40,882 nucleotides of DNA, taken from contig NIVC01003475.1 in the NCBI GenBank assembly GCA_002269645.1, positions 1 to 40,882 on the forward strand, in the 5' to 3' direction. Positions 13,351 to 22,158 of this stretch are shown here, one piece after another. The translations under genes and the position numbers were made by a program. Every line of letters starts with the position of its first letter. Positions within the stretch are counted from its first letter, which is position 1. The notes below the pieces were generated by a model. That model did not search any database and was not told where the DNA came from. It saw only the letters and a list, made by a program, of their open reading frames with translations. This stretch comes from Macrostomum lignano (Eukaryota).

Positions 13351-13969
13351 TAATGATCAAAACTGGTTGCAATGCGTACTTTTAAAGGCTTCTCCGTGTT
13401 AGATAAAGTTCACAGTAAACTAATCTAATAAATTTACACTGAACGGAATGCACACTTAAATAAGTTTTCTGCATTTCTAGCCCAACAAAATTGTATTCCG
13501 CACGGTACATCCATATTTTCTTATAATTATATAGGCAGTGCAGGCCTACTGCAAGCTTCACACCGGGTGTGTTTGACAGCTGCTGATGCGAACTAACAGA
13601 TAAAAAGAGCCGACATTGTAGGCAAGGCCCCCTCCTAAGGTGGCTTCAGAATGGCTCTGGGCGCAATGTAAGAATTGGTTCGGCCACGCAAAAGAGGTCA
13701 GAAAAATGATCGAACATCTCGAGGCGGCTTTATGTTCAGCCTTCATATCCTGTTTCTCACGTTGGTTTGCTATTGTGCAGCAATGCAGGTATAGTATAGT
13801 TGGCTGAAGGAAAATGGATAAGTGCAATTCATGCTACTGAGGGTGTAAGGTAAAGTTCTTCTGCCGATTTTTATTGCCCAACTGTGGGTTTTTTGGTAAA
13901 GAAGATGCTGTTTAAAGCAGTTTTTCCAGACTTTTCCAATAGTATATAATTGAAAACAGGTGCATAATT

Positions 13970-14340
13970 AGCAGGTGAGAATTCTTATATGGTAACTAAC
14001 AGGTGAGGATTCTTATCTGATAACTGGAAGGTGAGGATTCTTATCTGATAATTAGCAGGTGAGGATTCTTATCTGATAACTAGCAGGTGAGGATTCTTAT
14101 CTGATAACTAGCAGGTGAGGATTCTTATCTGATAACTATAGCAGGTGAGGATTCTTATCTGATAACTAGCAGGTGAGGATTCTTATCTGATAACTAGCAG
14201 GTGAGGATTCTTATCTGATAGCTAGCAGGTGAGAATTCTTATCTGATAACTGGCAGGTGAGGATTCTTATCTGATAACTAGCAGGTGAGAATTCTTATCT
14301 GATAACTGGCAGGTGAGAATTCTTATCTGATAACTGGCAC
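13970..14340. repeat. 28-bp minisatellite (TAGCAGGTGAGGATTCTTATCTGATAAC)
   Basis: About 13 units. Confidence 0.95.
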
Positions 14341-14779
14341 TAATAAAATAAATTGATTCTTTATAAATAATTCTTATCGCTACAATAACCATGATTTTTG
14401 GGCGGCAGTAACAGGCAACAAGCGCACTTGCATTGCCAATTATGTTTGCCTTCGAAACTTCTTCAAAAGTCCTGCAAAATTTCAATAATATCCAAGAGAA
14501 TCTGGATTGTATCGCACCGATATAAAACTGAATGGTTGCAAGAGCTTTTGTACAGTCAGCTAATCTATAAAATATCAATAGCCTGAGAAACATGTTTTTT
14601 ATTTTGCGTGCCTGTTTTTTGTCTAACACTTAGCGTTGCATAACCGTGCACTGAATAACTTTTTTTCAACGTTGTGCTTTCTCCTTGCTACATTCTTACT
14701 AAGTTGTTTTTTGCGCTCTGGTTGATTTAACCGTCCTCTGAATGTTAAGCATAAAATTTCAGTTCGGTGCACCCTCGCC

Positions 14780-15042
14780 AAGACAATGAGTCTGGCGCCT
14801 CTCCCACTCCAAGACAATGAGTCTGGCGCCTCTCCCACTCCAAGACAATGAGTCTGGCGCCTCTCCCACTCCAAGACAATGAGTCTGGCGCCTCCAAAAG
14901 CAATAGGTCTGGCGCCACCAAGGCAATAGGTCTGGCGCCACCAAGGCAATAGGTCTGGCGCCACCAAGGCAATAGGTCTGGCGCCACCAAAGCAATAGGT
15001 CTGGCGCCACTAAAGCAATAGGTCTGGCGCCACTAAAGCAAT
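14780..15042. repeat. Compound minisatellite: 31-bp units followed by 23-bp units sharing the GTCTGGCGCC core
   Basis: CAAGACAATGAGTCTGGCGCCTCTCCCACTC x3-4, then CAAGGCAATAGGTCTGGCGCCAC x about 7. Confidence 0.92.
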
Positions 15043-15103
15043 AACAAATCGCATTATCAGCGCTTAAGCCAAACCAATCCCTAACCAGAAAAGATTCGCT
15101 CAC

Positions 15104-15226
15104 CCTGGTGACGAACAGCTTGCTGGCCTCCTGCAGTCCCCCAGCCAGACGGAAGCCCCAGGCCACATCGCTAGACAGCCGCTGCAAACAGAGACTTGTC
15201 CTGGAGACGCAGTTTCTCGACGCCAT
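15104..15226 (-). CDS. PDZ-domain protein (PDLIM/Zasp-type N-terminal PDZ), coding exon 1
   Basis: Translates MASRNCVSRTSLCLQRLSSDVAWGFRLAGGLQEASKLFVTR, containing the WGFRLxGG carboxylate-binding loop of PDZ domains. It ends at a phase-0 donor AGG|GTGAGC that joins in frame to the exon at 5752. Confidence 0.85.
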
Positions 15227-15824
15227 CAATGCCAGTTTAGTTAGGTCGCTAGTTTGACAATAATTCTCAACTTTGTTGGCGCGCCACTTTCGCTTAGTGC
15301 GTTGGTCTTATTTATCCGCTGCAAACTGCGAACTGCATCGAACCGCAAAGGAAAGTAAAGAGGATGTGTTGCCGCGAATGGAGTGAGGTCGAGGGGAAAC
15401 GATGAAGGTTGGCTTAGCGGGGGGGGGGTTCCGAAGCGAATATGGCGCTCTACCCTCTCCCCTCTGACCCCTCTACCCCTCCGTCGCCCCTGTCTGCGCC
15501 ACCCATCAGCCCCAGCTTCCCAATGCAAGCCACTCTGCATCTGCAATCTACTATACTTTGCTTTCCAATTTATAGAAAAGTTTTCCATCGCCGAAAAAGC
15601 ATTTTCCTTCTGTTCCTTCTTCTTAGTAGATCCATCCTCCTCTATTTACTCCCCCATTTTCGGCCACTGTCTCTCGCTATGTCTGCTTTGCTTCCATCTC
15701 TGCTGCTGACTGAACTACCGGCACACAGTCTATTGAAGTGACCCAGCCAATTGTGGGCTGAATTCCAGCGGCTCCTGCTTTTAGTGCACCATTCGCAAAA
15801 ATGCTTCCCACATGCCAAGCTAGG

Positions 15825-15871
<47 letters not shown>

Positions 15872-15872
15872 G

Positions 15873-15940
<68 letters not shown>
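15825..15940. repeat. (TAGA)n microsatellite at the PLE 3' end
   Basis: About 29 units with one interruption. Confidence 0.98.
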
Positions 15941-15984
15941 CGAAAATAAGAAAACCGCACACACAGTGAGAGAATTTGTTAATT

Positions 15985-16025
15985 AGACCAAATTTTCGGC
16001 CAAATCGTGGCCTTCTTCAGGGTCC
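15985..16025 (-). ncRNA. Minimal type I hammerhead ribozyme motif of the PLE
   Basis: Minus strand reads GGACC-CTGAAGA-A-GGCCA cgatt TGGCC-GAAA-ATTT-GGTCT. This gives the CUGANGA and GAAA core, a 5-bp stem II, stem I GGACC/GGUCU, and a loop-less palindromic stem III (AAUU) of the geometry known from dimer-acting PLE hammerheads. Confidence 0.75.
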
Positions 16026-16208
16026 GAAAAAATAATTTATTTACGAGCAAAGGTGAAACGATATTATATAAGAATGAGCAGTCAAAATGGGTTGCTGGGA
16101 ACATTAAAATCAATAAATTGTTATATGTTATGATGGTAGTGAAGCGATGAGATATGAATAATTGATGTGCCCGGCTTGACCACGTGCAGTCAGAATTCTA
16201 AAAATAGT

Positions 16209-17459
16209 TTAAGTAATGCGATTGGTCAGTGCAGGGAGTTTGGATGGGCACAGAATGTCTTTTATAGAGTTCGATCTCGTGTACGCAGCCACCGTGTCAA
16301 ACTCTTTGGCATGCTCAGCCATAAGCGATCTGATTTGGTGTACGATGCGCCCAGAGTGGCCCGTGAAAGGAATGACAATGGGAACGCAAGCACTACGGTT
16401 GGTGTCAATGCAGTTCAAACCATCTGGGGCTAGAGTTTGCAGAAGATGAATGAGCTTCAACTCCATGTCTCTGCGTCTGCGTTGTTTACCCTCACTACTG
16501 GCCTCGCACTCAGGGCTAAGATACCACAGGCCCATGAAGCGAAGGTCTTGAGGGCTGTGGTCCGCCAAGCGGAAATGCCTTGAGATCGGGGTATCTTTTG
16601 CCAGTTTGATGTCGCTTAGGTGGGCTTGGAGTCTGACCTTGAGGGCACCTCCTGTCTCTCCGATATAGATGCAGCGGTCATTGCAGCTTCTGCACAGGAT
16701 CGCATAGACCACATTTCTGGAATCACAGCGGACTTTCTGGCAGATTCTGTACACCATTTTCGTGGATCCGGAGCCCGGGCATACCTGACCGAACCGGCCG
16801 TGTTGCTTGCATACCCAGCAGTCCTCATTGCCACAGTTTCGGAATCCAAACTCCCAGCGACGGTCAAGGTAAAAGCCGAGTTGGAGGAGAGCCGACCTTT
16901 TGGCATCCCGAATCAGGCGGACCGAATAGCCTTGTTTTTTGAGGACACGCAGAAGGCTTGTGCTGGATAGGTCAAAGTCCTTCTTGTGAGTGCAGCGACG
17001 GGCATAGCGCAAGAATTGGGATTTTAGGATGCCTCTGAAGGTGTGCTTTGGGTGGAAGGAACCCGGGTTCAGCAACTGGCGAGAGTCAGTCGGCTTAAAA
17101 TAGACCGAAGTGGACAATTTTTTGCCATTGACACCTTGTTCAAGGGTAACCAGGCAATCTAAGAAGGTCACTTGGTCTTTGCTATACTGCATTGATAGAC
17201 TGATATTTGTGTCAAAGTTGTTCAGATGATGGTGTAGTTGCTTCAGTTCAGACTCCGTGCCTAGAAAAATCATGAAAATATCGTCAATGTAACGCTTGTA
17301 CAGGCGCGGAGTAACAGGAGCCTGTTCTAGTGCTCTGGATTCCCAGTCGGACATGAAAATGTTGGCGTAGGATGGAGCAAAAGCCTTTCCCATGCTAGTT
17401 CCTTTGACTTGCAAGTAGCGGCAGCCATTGAAGACGAAGTCGTTCTGGTTCAGAATATT
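16209..17459 (-). CDS. PLE reverse transcriptase (partial) + GIY-YIG endonuclease
   Basis: ILNQNDFVFNGCRYLQVKGTSMGKAFAPSYANIFM and RYIDDIF are RT motifs. SVYFKPTDSRQLLNPGSFHPKH is the PLE thumb motif. CGNEDCWVC is a Cys linker. NVVYAILCRSC..IYIGETG..RLQAH..SRHF is the GIY-YIG domain. The frame is open to the stop at 16209. Confidence 0.92.
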   Translation of the reverse strand, partial: NILNQNDFVFNGCRYLQVKGTSMGKAFAPSYANIFMSDWESRALEQAPVTPRLYKRYIDDIFMIFLGTESELKQLHHHLNNFDTNISLSMQYSKDQVTFLDCLVTLEQGVNGKKLSTSVYFKPTDSRQLLNPGSFHPKHTFRGILKSQFLRYARRCTHKKDFDLSSTSLLRVLKKQGYSVRLIRDAKRSALLQLGFYLDRRWEFGFRNCGNEDCWVCKQHGRFGQVCPGSGSTKMVYRICQKVRCDSRNVVYAILCRSCNDRCIYIGETGGALKVRLQAHLSDIKLAKDTPISRHFRLADHSPQDLRFMGLWYLSPECEASSEGKQRRRRDMELKLIHLLQTLAPDGLNCIDTNRSACVPIVIPFTGHSGRIVHQIRSLMAEHAKEFDTVAAYTRSNSIKDILCPSKLPALTNRIT

Positions 17460-18677
17460 TTTATTTTATATTTTTTATATATTTTATATATTTTTTATAT
17501 ATATTTTTACTTTATGAGTCCTGAATACGTCATTGTGTCATTTAATGACTGCGCTTTGAATGACCTCTTGTGACAAGTTGTTCTAAAATTAGACTGTATC
17601 TGATAGTTGTGAGCTTCACATACGAGCCGTATGTTCAAGTTGTGTTGCTTTTAAAATAGAAATCTCATAGCATCATCTGCGCAATTGCACATGTTGCATT
17701 TATTCTCCAATGGATTCTCCAATGAATCTTGTATTTTACCGGGAGTGGGTGGGGATTAGCTGTCCCCGATTGACCCCCCTGGGTCAGCCACTGAGTAAAG
17801 TGCTCTCTCCCTTCAAATTTTCTGAACTGAAGTTTCAAAAATGCATTTCAGGTAAAAAAGTTTTCTATCTTAAACGCCGCACATTATGGAGGAAAATTTA
17901 TGGCCACAATATTTTGACACTTTGTCCAACAAAACTGTTCTTATTGCTACACGTTTGCCATAAGACACAAACACGTGTAAAACTGTGACCTACATGTATG
18001 AACCCTCGCCCTACGCTCGATGTTGAAGGTAAGGGTTTAGGGTCGCAGCAGTCGGTATTGCTGCCACATCTGGCCACAAACAGCGGTGTAGGAGGTCACA
18101 GCGAAACTCCGTCATCGCTCTACTTTGCCGGGCCAGAATCCAGCTGCCTGCCAACCCGCGCTTTGCCATAGCAACAGATGCATAGATAGAGCCAGCGAGG
18201 GAGACAGATAGACTTGAACCCTGTGCAGCAAGTCTGCGCATTCCCAATGCGAACAAATTGCAGACAGCTGCTGCAATGCATTGTGCACTCGAGCTTCCCG
18301 GATGAATGACCATCTTATTGTACGTTGATAATCGCGTTAATTCGTTCTACAGGATTATAGCACTAATAGAAAATTACGTCCATACCCCATTTTTCAATTG
18401 CAAAACACGTAATAAGGTACCCGTCAGAAATTTTATTACGCACATACTATATTTTTCTATTAAAAATCAAGTAGTAAGGTACTGAACCAAATGGTAGGGT
18501 ATTCTACAGGAATTTCAACTACACTGCACGGTACCCACAAATAATTCAAAAGAAGAAAAGATCCCAAGTCCGATTAACCGACCAACTTGTCCAAAAACGC
18601 ATTTTCAGTATATTTCTAAACGATGCGAATCAAAATAATTCCCCGACTCTTCGTCCACGCCCCCCCCCTCCCTAAAT

Positions 18678-19058
18678 TTAAGGATCTCGGCGACGCACCC
18701 GCGGCGGAGCGCGCATGTATACCATCTTAAAACTATTCGCAGTCTCGTCCACCCGGAATCTGGCCACACTCTCAATGGACACGGAGCCATCGGACTCCAA
18801 GTGACGGCAGTAGCCAGCACCGTCCAAAGAAGTGCAGCGGCGGTCGGATGGTAGTCTCCACGCCGTCGCTCGTACCCCCGTCCCGTGTCGTCCGAGTAGA
18901 TTAATTCCCTCCGCCCGGCACACCGTCCTGATTTCATCAATCCGGGCGTTCGTCATCAGCCGCCGCGGCGTATAAGCAGTCGCCACGCACACGGCCCTGG
19001 CCACGGTGTCAAGCACCTGCGTCAGTGGAAGCCCGGCCTGCTGTCCTTCCAGGCGCAT
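18678..19058 (-). CDS. Hypothetical ORF in left inverted arm (mirror of 21776-22158)
   Basis: MRLEGQQAGLPLTQVLDTVARAVCVATAYTPRRLMTNARIDEIRTVCRAEG..., the same sequence as the right arm. Confidence 0.3.
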   Translation of the reverse strand: MRLEGQQAGLPLTQVLDTVARAVCVATAYTPRRLMTNARIDEIRTVCRAEGINLLGRHGTGVRATAWRLPSDRRCTSLDGAGYCRHLESDGSVSIESVARFRVDETANSFKMVYMRAPPRVRRRDP

Positions 19059-19382
19059 GCGCTGGATCTGCGCGCGAAGTGCAGCAACCGAGGGGTTCTG
19101 GCACCACTCATACCGTACTTACCGCGCCAACGTGGTGAAAATTGCCCGGCGGGAGGAGCAGGGTGCAGCTCCACTCGGGGTCGGCTCATGACGCTCGTTT
19201 GATTCGGCCATTGCAAAGATGTAGGTCCAATCTCACCGTAAAAATGTAGGTCTAATCTCACTATCTGTGGGCAACTCTGACTCTGAGCCGACCATCCGCT
19301 CGATTATACATGTATGTCAGTGTGGACTCAATGTGGACCCGGGGCGGGGGCGCGGCTCGAGGATGAAGGGGGAAAGTCCAGC

Positions 19383-19770
19383 TGCGCCCCTCCCCGCCCT
19401 CATGCGCCCAAGAAACCGAAGCCTGCAGCAACGACCAGCTGGCCCTCCGCGCCCCTCCCCACCCTCATGCGCCCAAGAAACCGAAGCCTGCAGCAACGAC
19501 CAGCTGGCCCCCCGCGCCCCTCCCCACCCTCATGCGCTCAAGAAACCGAAGCCTGCAGCAACGACCAGCTGGCCCCCCGCGCCCCTCCCCACCCTCATGC
19601 GCTCAAGAAACCGAAGCCTGCAGCAACGACCAGCTGGCCCCCGCGCCCCTCCCCACCCTCATGCGCCCAAGAAACCGAAGCCTGCAGCAACGACCGGCTG
19701 GCCCTCCGCGCCCCTCCCCACCCTCATGCGCCCAAGAAACCGAAGCCTGCGGCAACGACCGGCTGGCCCG
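19383..19770. repeat. 61-63 bp GC-rich tandem repeat inside the foldback element
   Basis: GCGCCCCTCCCCACCCTCATGCGCCCAAGAAACCGAAGCCTGCAGCAACGACCAGCTGGCCCC, about 6 units. Confidence 0.95.
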
Positions 19771-19993
19771 GCTGAAGGCCCTTTCCAGCCAGTTGGGCGA
19801 CCGGCTGGACTTTCACTTAGCGAGATAGTAATACAATAGAGCACCTGACCCCACGTGGGCGGCCTGTGGACTCTCAACTTAGCGAGACAGTATTACAATA
19901 GAGCAGAGCTCGCGTGCGTGGGCCGGAAAGCACCATTATTTTCTCCAAACTGCCCAACTTATTTAACCAGCCTGCCGAACGGATTTGTTTGTC

Positions 19994-21563
19994 GAATTCT
20001 AGATAACTAACTGGAAGCGAAGGCTTTTTTGGGGGGCGGACACAACCGGGCCGAGTGGGAGCCTGCATGTTTTCTGGCTGCCTTATTCAACACTAATGTT
20101 TTCACTAATAATTGGCTGCTGTTATTAAGAGTAATATTTAATTCTTTAAGTTTATTTTTTTAATTAACAAGTCAGTGCTTATTAAGAGTCACTAAAGGTA
20201 TTTGTGACATATCTTAACAAAACTAATATTTTTGCAAAGCCGCAAAGTAAACACATAGGATCAGTAAAAAATCATAGTATGAACATAAATTAGCTGCTTA
20301 ATCTAATCTATGAAGAAGATGCATCGCGGTACCATCGCCACTGCATCGCGGTACTTTCCGGCGATCGATTTCACCTGATACATCGCGGTCAAACTCGACG
20401 ATTTCGTCGAGTCTCTTCCTGCCGACCGTCGAACGCGCCCAGCGCCAGCTGGACCAGCTTGTGAGCGTTGCTGCGAGCGTCGGCCCGGGGGTCAACACGC
20501 AGAAGACCGTCGTGCTTCGGCCTGTCCCTTCCCAGCAAACTTTTGCGCCGTCCACGACTCCAGCTGGCAGGCCACATCATCCGAGCCGAGTCCTAAAGTC
20601 CACAGCCGGTGCAGGAAGTGCTGCTGCTGTCGCTGCAGGCACCCTACCGGCGGGGACAGGCGCGCAGTCTGTGTTTCGTCGACTTCTTGCCGGCTAATGC
20701 CGGCGCCCCGGACTCTGCCGGCGGTGCGGCCGGCGGTTCGCGCCCAGGCCCTGAAACGTGTGACGTTGTCCTTGTCTCTCATGACCATGACTCGCTGGAA
20801 TGGCTGACAGCGCATTTTGTTGTTGTATGGAGGGCACACCGGCACACCATCATTCCTTATTCAGAGTGTCGCTGTTTCTCCTGCGCTCACTAAGAATCTT
20901 GTGACGTTGTGTGAAAATCGGTGGCAATAAAGTGCAACGAGCACAGTTGAGATTCTGTCCTGGGTTGGTAGTTTACCCTTCGAATTCGTTGCGACCATTC
21001 TTCAAATAGTTGAAAATCATGCAAAGGAAGCACATGAGAAAATATTCTGCTTTCTGTTCCTGAAGATTGAACCGCTGGATTTTTATTTGTAGTTGCATAT
21101 CCAGATCCAGACCTGTAGTTGTAAGCTGCGTATTTATAAACCATTCTTTTTCTCTGACTATAGTCTCTGATATAGCATGCATCATATCGAATCTTTATAA
21201 ATTTTTCATTTAGGGTGAAGTGGAGACGGCATCCACAAAAGCATGCGAGCAAATGTACACCCAATGTGCATGCGTTCAGCTTTCAAGTGGGGGGCCTGTT
21301 ACCCCGTGTGCATCACAGACAAAGAAACAGCACTGATTTACCGGGGATCTTCCTTCCCCTCCGAAGGGTTTTTCTCCTGTCTAGGACAAAAAACTTCCAA
21401 GCCTTGTGAAGAGCCTGCCCACCTCAAACCCCGCTTAGTCAGTGGGACTGAGATAGGGAAAGGCAGGCCGTTTAAACAAGCTAAAATGACTCGGCCCGGT
21501 TGTGTCCGCTTTCGACCCACGAAAAAGTGAGCCTTCTCTTCCAGTTAGTTATCTAGAATTCTA
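19994..21563. mobile_element. Nested unit with about 65-70 bp imperfect inverted termini and flanking 8-bp direct repeat TGTTTGTC
   Basis: GAATTCTAGATAACTAACTGGAAG...GCGGACACAACCGGGCCGAGT (19994-20056) is inverted at 21489-21561. TGTTTGTC occurs at 19986-19993 and 21564-21571. Confidence 0.6.
20826..21144 (-). pseudogene. Degenerate THAP zinc-finger domain
   Basis: MVYK[Y]AAYN[Y]RSG...LP...EEWSQRIRRVNYQPRTESQLCSLHFIATDF, then stops/frameshifts and a NDGVPSI remnant of the AVPxIF box. The W, P and CSxHF residues are retained, but both N-terminal Cys positions read Tyr. Confidence 0.75.
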
Positions 21564-21687
21564 TGTTTGTCCATGGGGCAGCTGTTCCTTCGTTATTCAA
21601 GCCCAACCCCGAAACTGCCACGTGGCACAAAAAGCCAGATGGCGCCCCTCCCTACCAAATCCTGCTCTATAAAAGAAAGTAGAAAAT

Positions 21688-22158
21688 TTGCTCAAAATCC
21701 CAACGAGCCAAGGACAACAGGAAGCAACCCAAGCGTCCTCGGTTGCTGCACTTCGCGCGCAGATCCAGCGCATGCGCCTGGAAGGACAGCAGGCCGGGCT
21801 TCCACTGACGCAGGTGCTTGACACCGTGGCCAGGGCCGTGTGCGTGGCGACTGCTTATACGCCGCGGCGGCTGATGACGAACGCCCGGATTGATGAAATC
21901 AGGACGGTGTGCCGGGCGGAGGGAATTAATCTACTCGGACGACACGGGACGGGGGTACGAGCGACGGCGTGGGGACTACCATCCGACCGCCGCTGCACTT
22001 CTTTGGACGGTGCTGGCTACTGCCGTCACTTGGAGTCCGATGGCTCCGAGTCCATTGAGAGTGTGGCCAGATTCTGGGTGGACGAGACTGCGAATAGTTT
22101 TAAGATGGTATACATGCGCGCTCCGCCGCGGGTGCGTCGCCGAGATCCTCAAATTTAA
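21688..22158 (+). CDS. Hypothetical ORF in right inverted arm (mirror copy at 18678-19058 on the minus strand)
   Basis: GC-rich 126-156 codon frame, open in both arms with only a few amino acid differences. No family recognised and coding status is unproven. Confidence 0.3.
   Translation: MLKIPTSQGQQEATQASSVAALRAQIQRMRLEGQQAGLPLTQVLDTVARAVCVATAYTPRRLMTNARIDEIRTVCRAEGINLLGRHGTGVRATAWGLPSDRRCTSLDGAGYCRHLESDGSESIESVARFWVDETANSFKMVYMRAPPRVRRRDPQI

Larger units (their letters stand above)
15941..17460 (-). mobile_element. Penelope-like retroelement (PLE), 5'-truncated
   Basis: Contains an RT C-terminal half plus GIY-YIG endonuclease ORF, a 3' region with a hammerhead motif, and a 3' junction directly into (TATC)n. 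Coding similarity stops at an AT-rich simple repeat near 17460. Confidence 0.92.

Noticed and set aside
13621-13788. Possible plus-strand exon (ARPPPKVASEWLWAQCKNWFGH…) bounded by AG/GT
   Set aside because: No recognisable homology and no partner exons could be linked; unsupported without transcript data.
15094-15245. Plus-strand exon-like frame (DSLTLVTNSLL…LETQFLDAINASL)
   Set aside because: It is the antisense of the PDZ exon 1, which has clear motif and splice support.
16616-16970. Alternative-frame and antisense ORFs within the PLE
   Set aside because: Shadow frames of the GC-rich RT-endonuclease ORF.
18361-18365. Classification of the foldback as a CACTA/EnSpm element on the basis of its first five bases
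   Set aside because: No 2-3 bp TSD matches (TAG vs TTG), the right end reads CAGTA, and there is no Tnp2/TnpA coding remnant.
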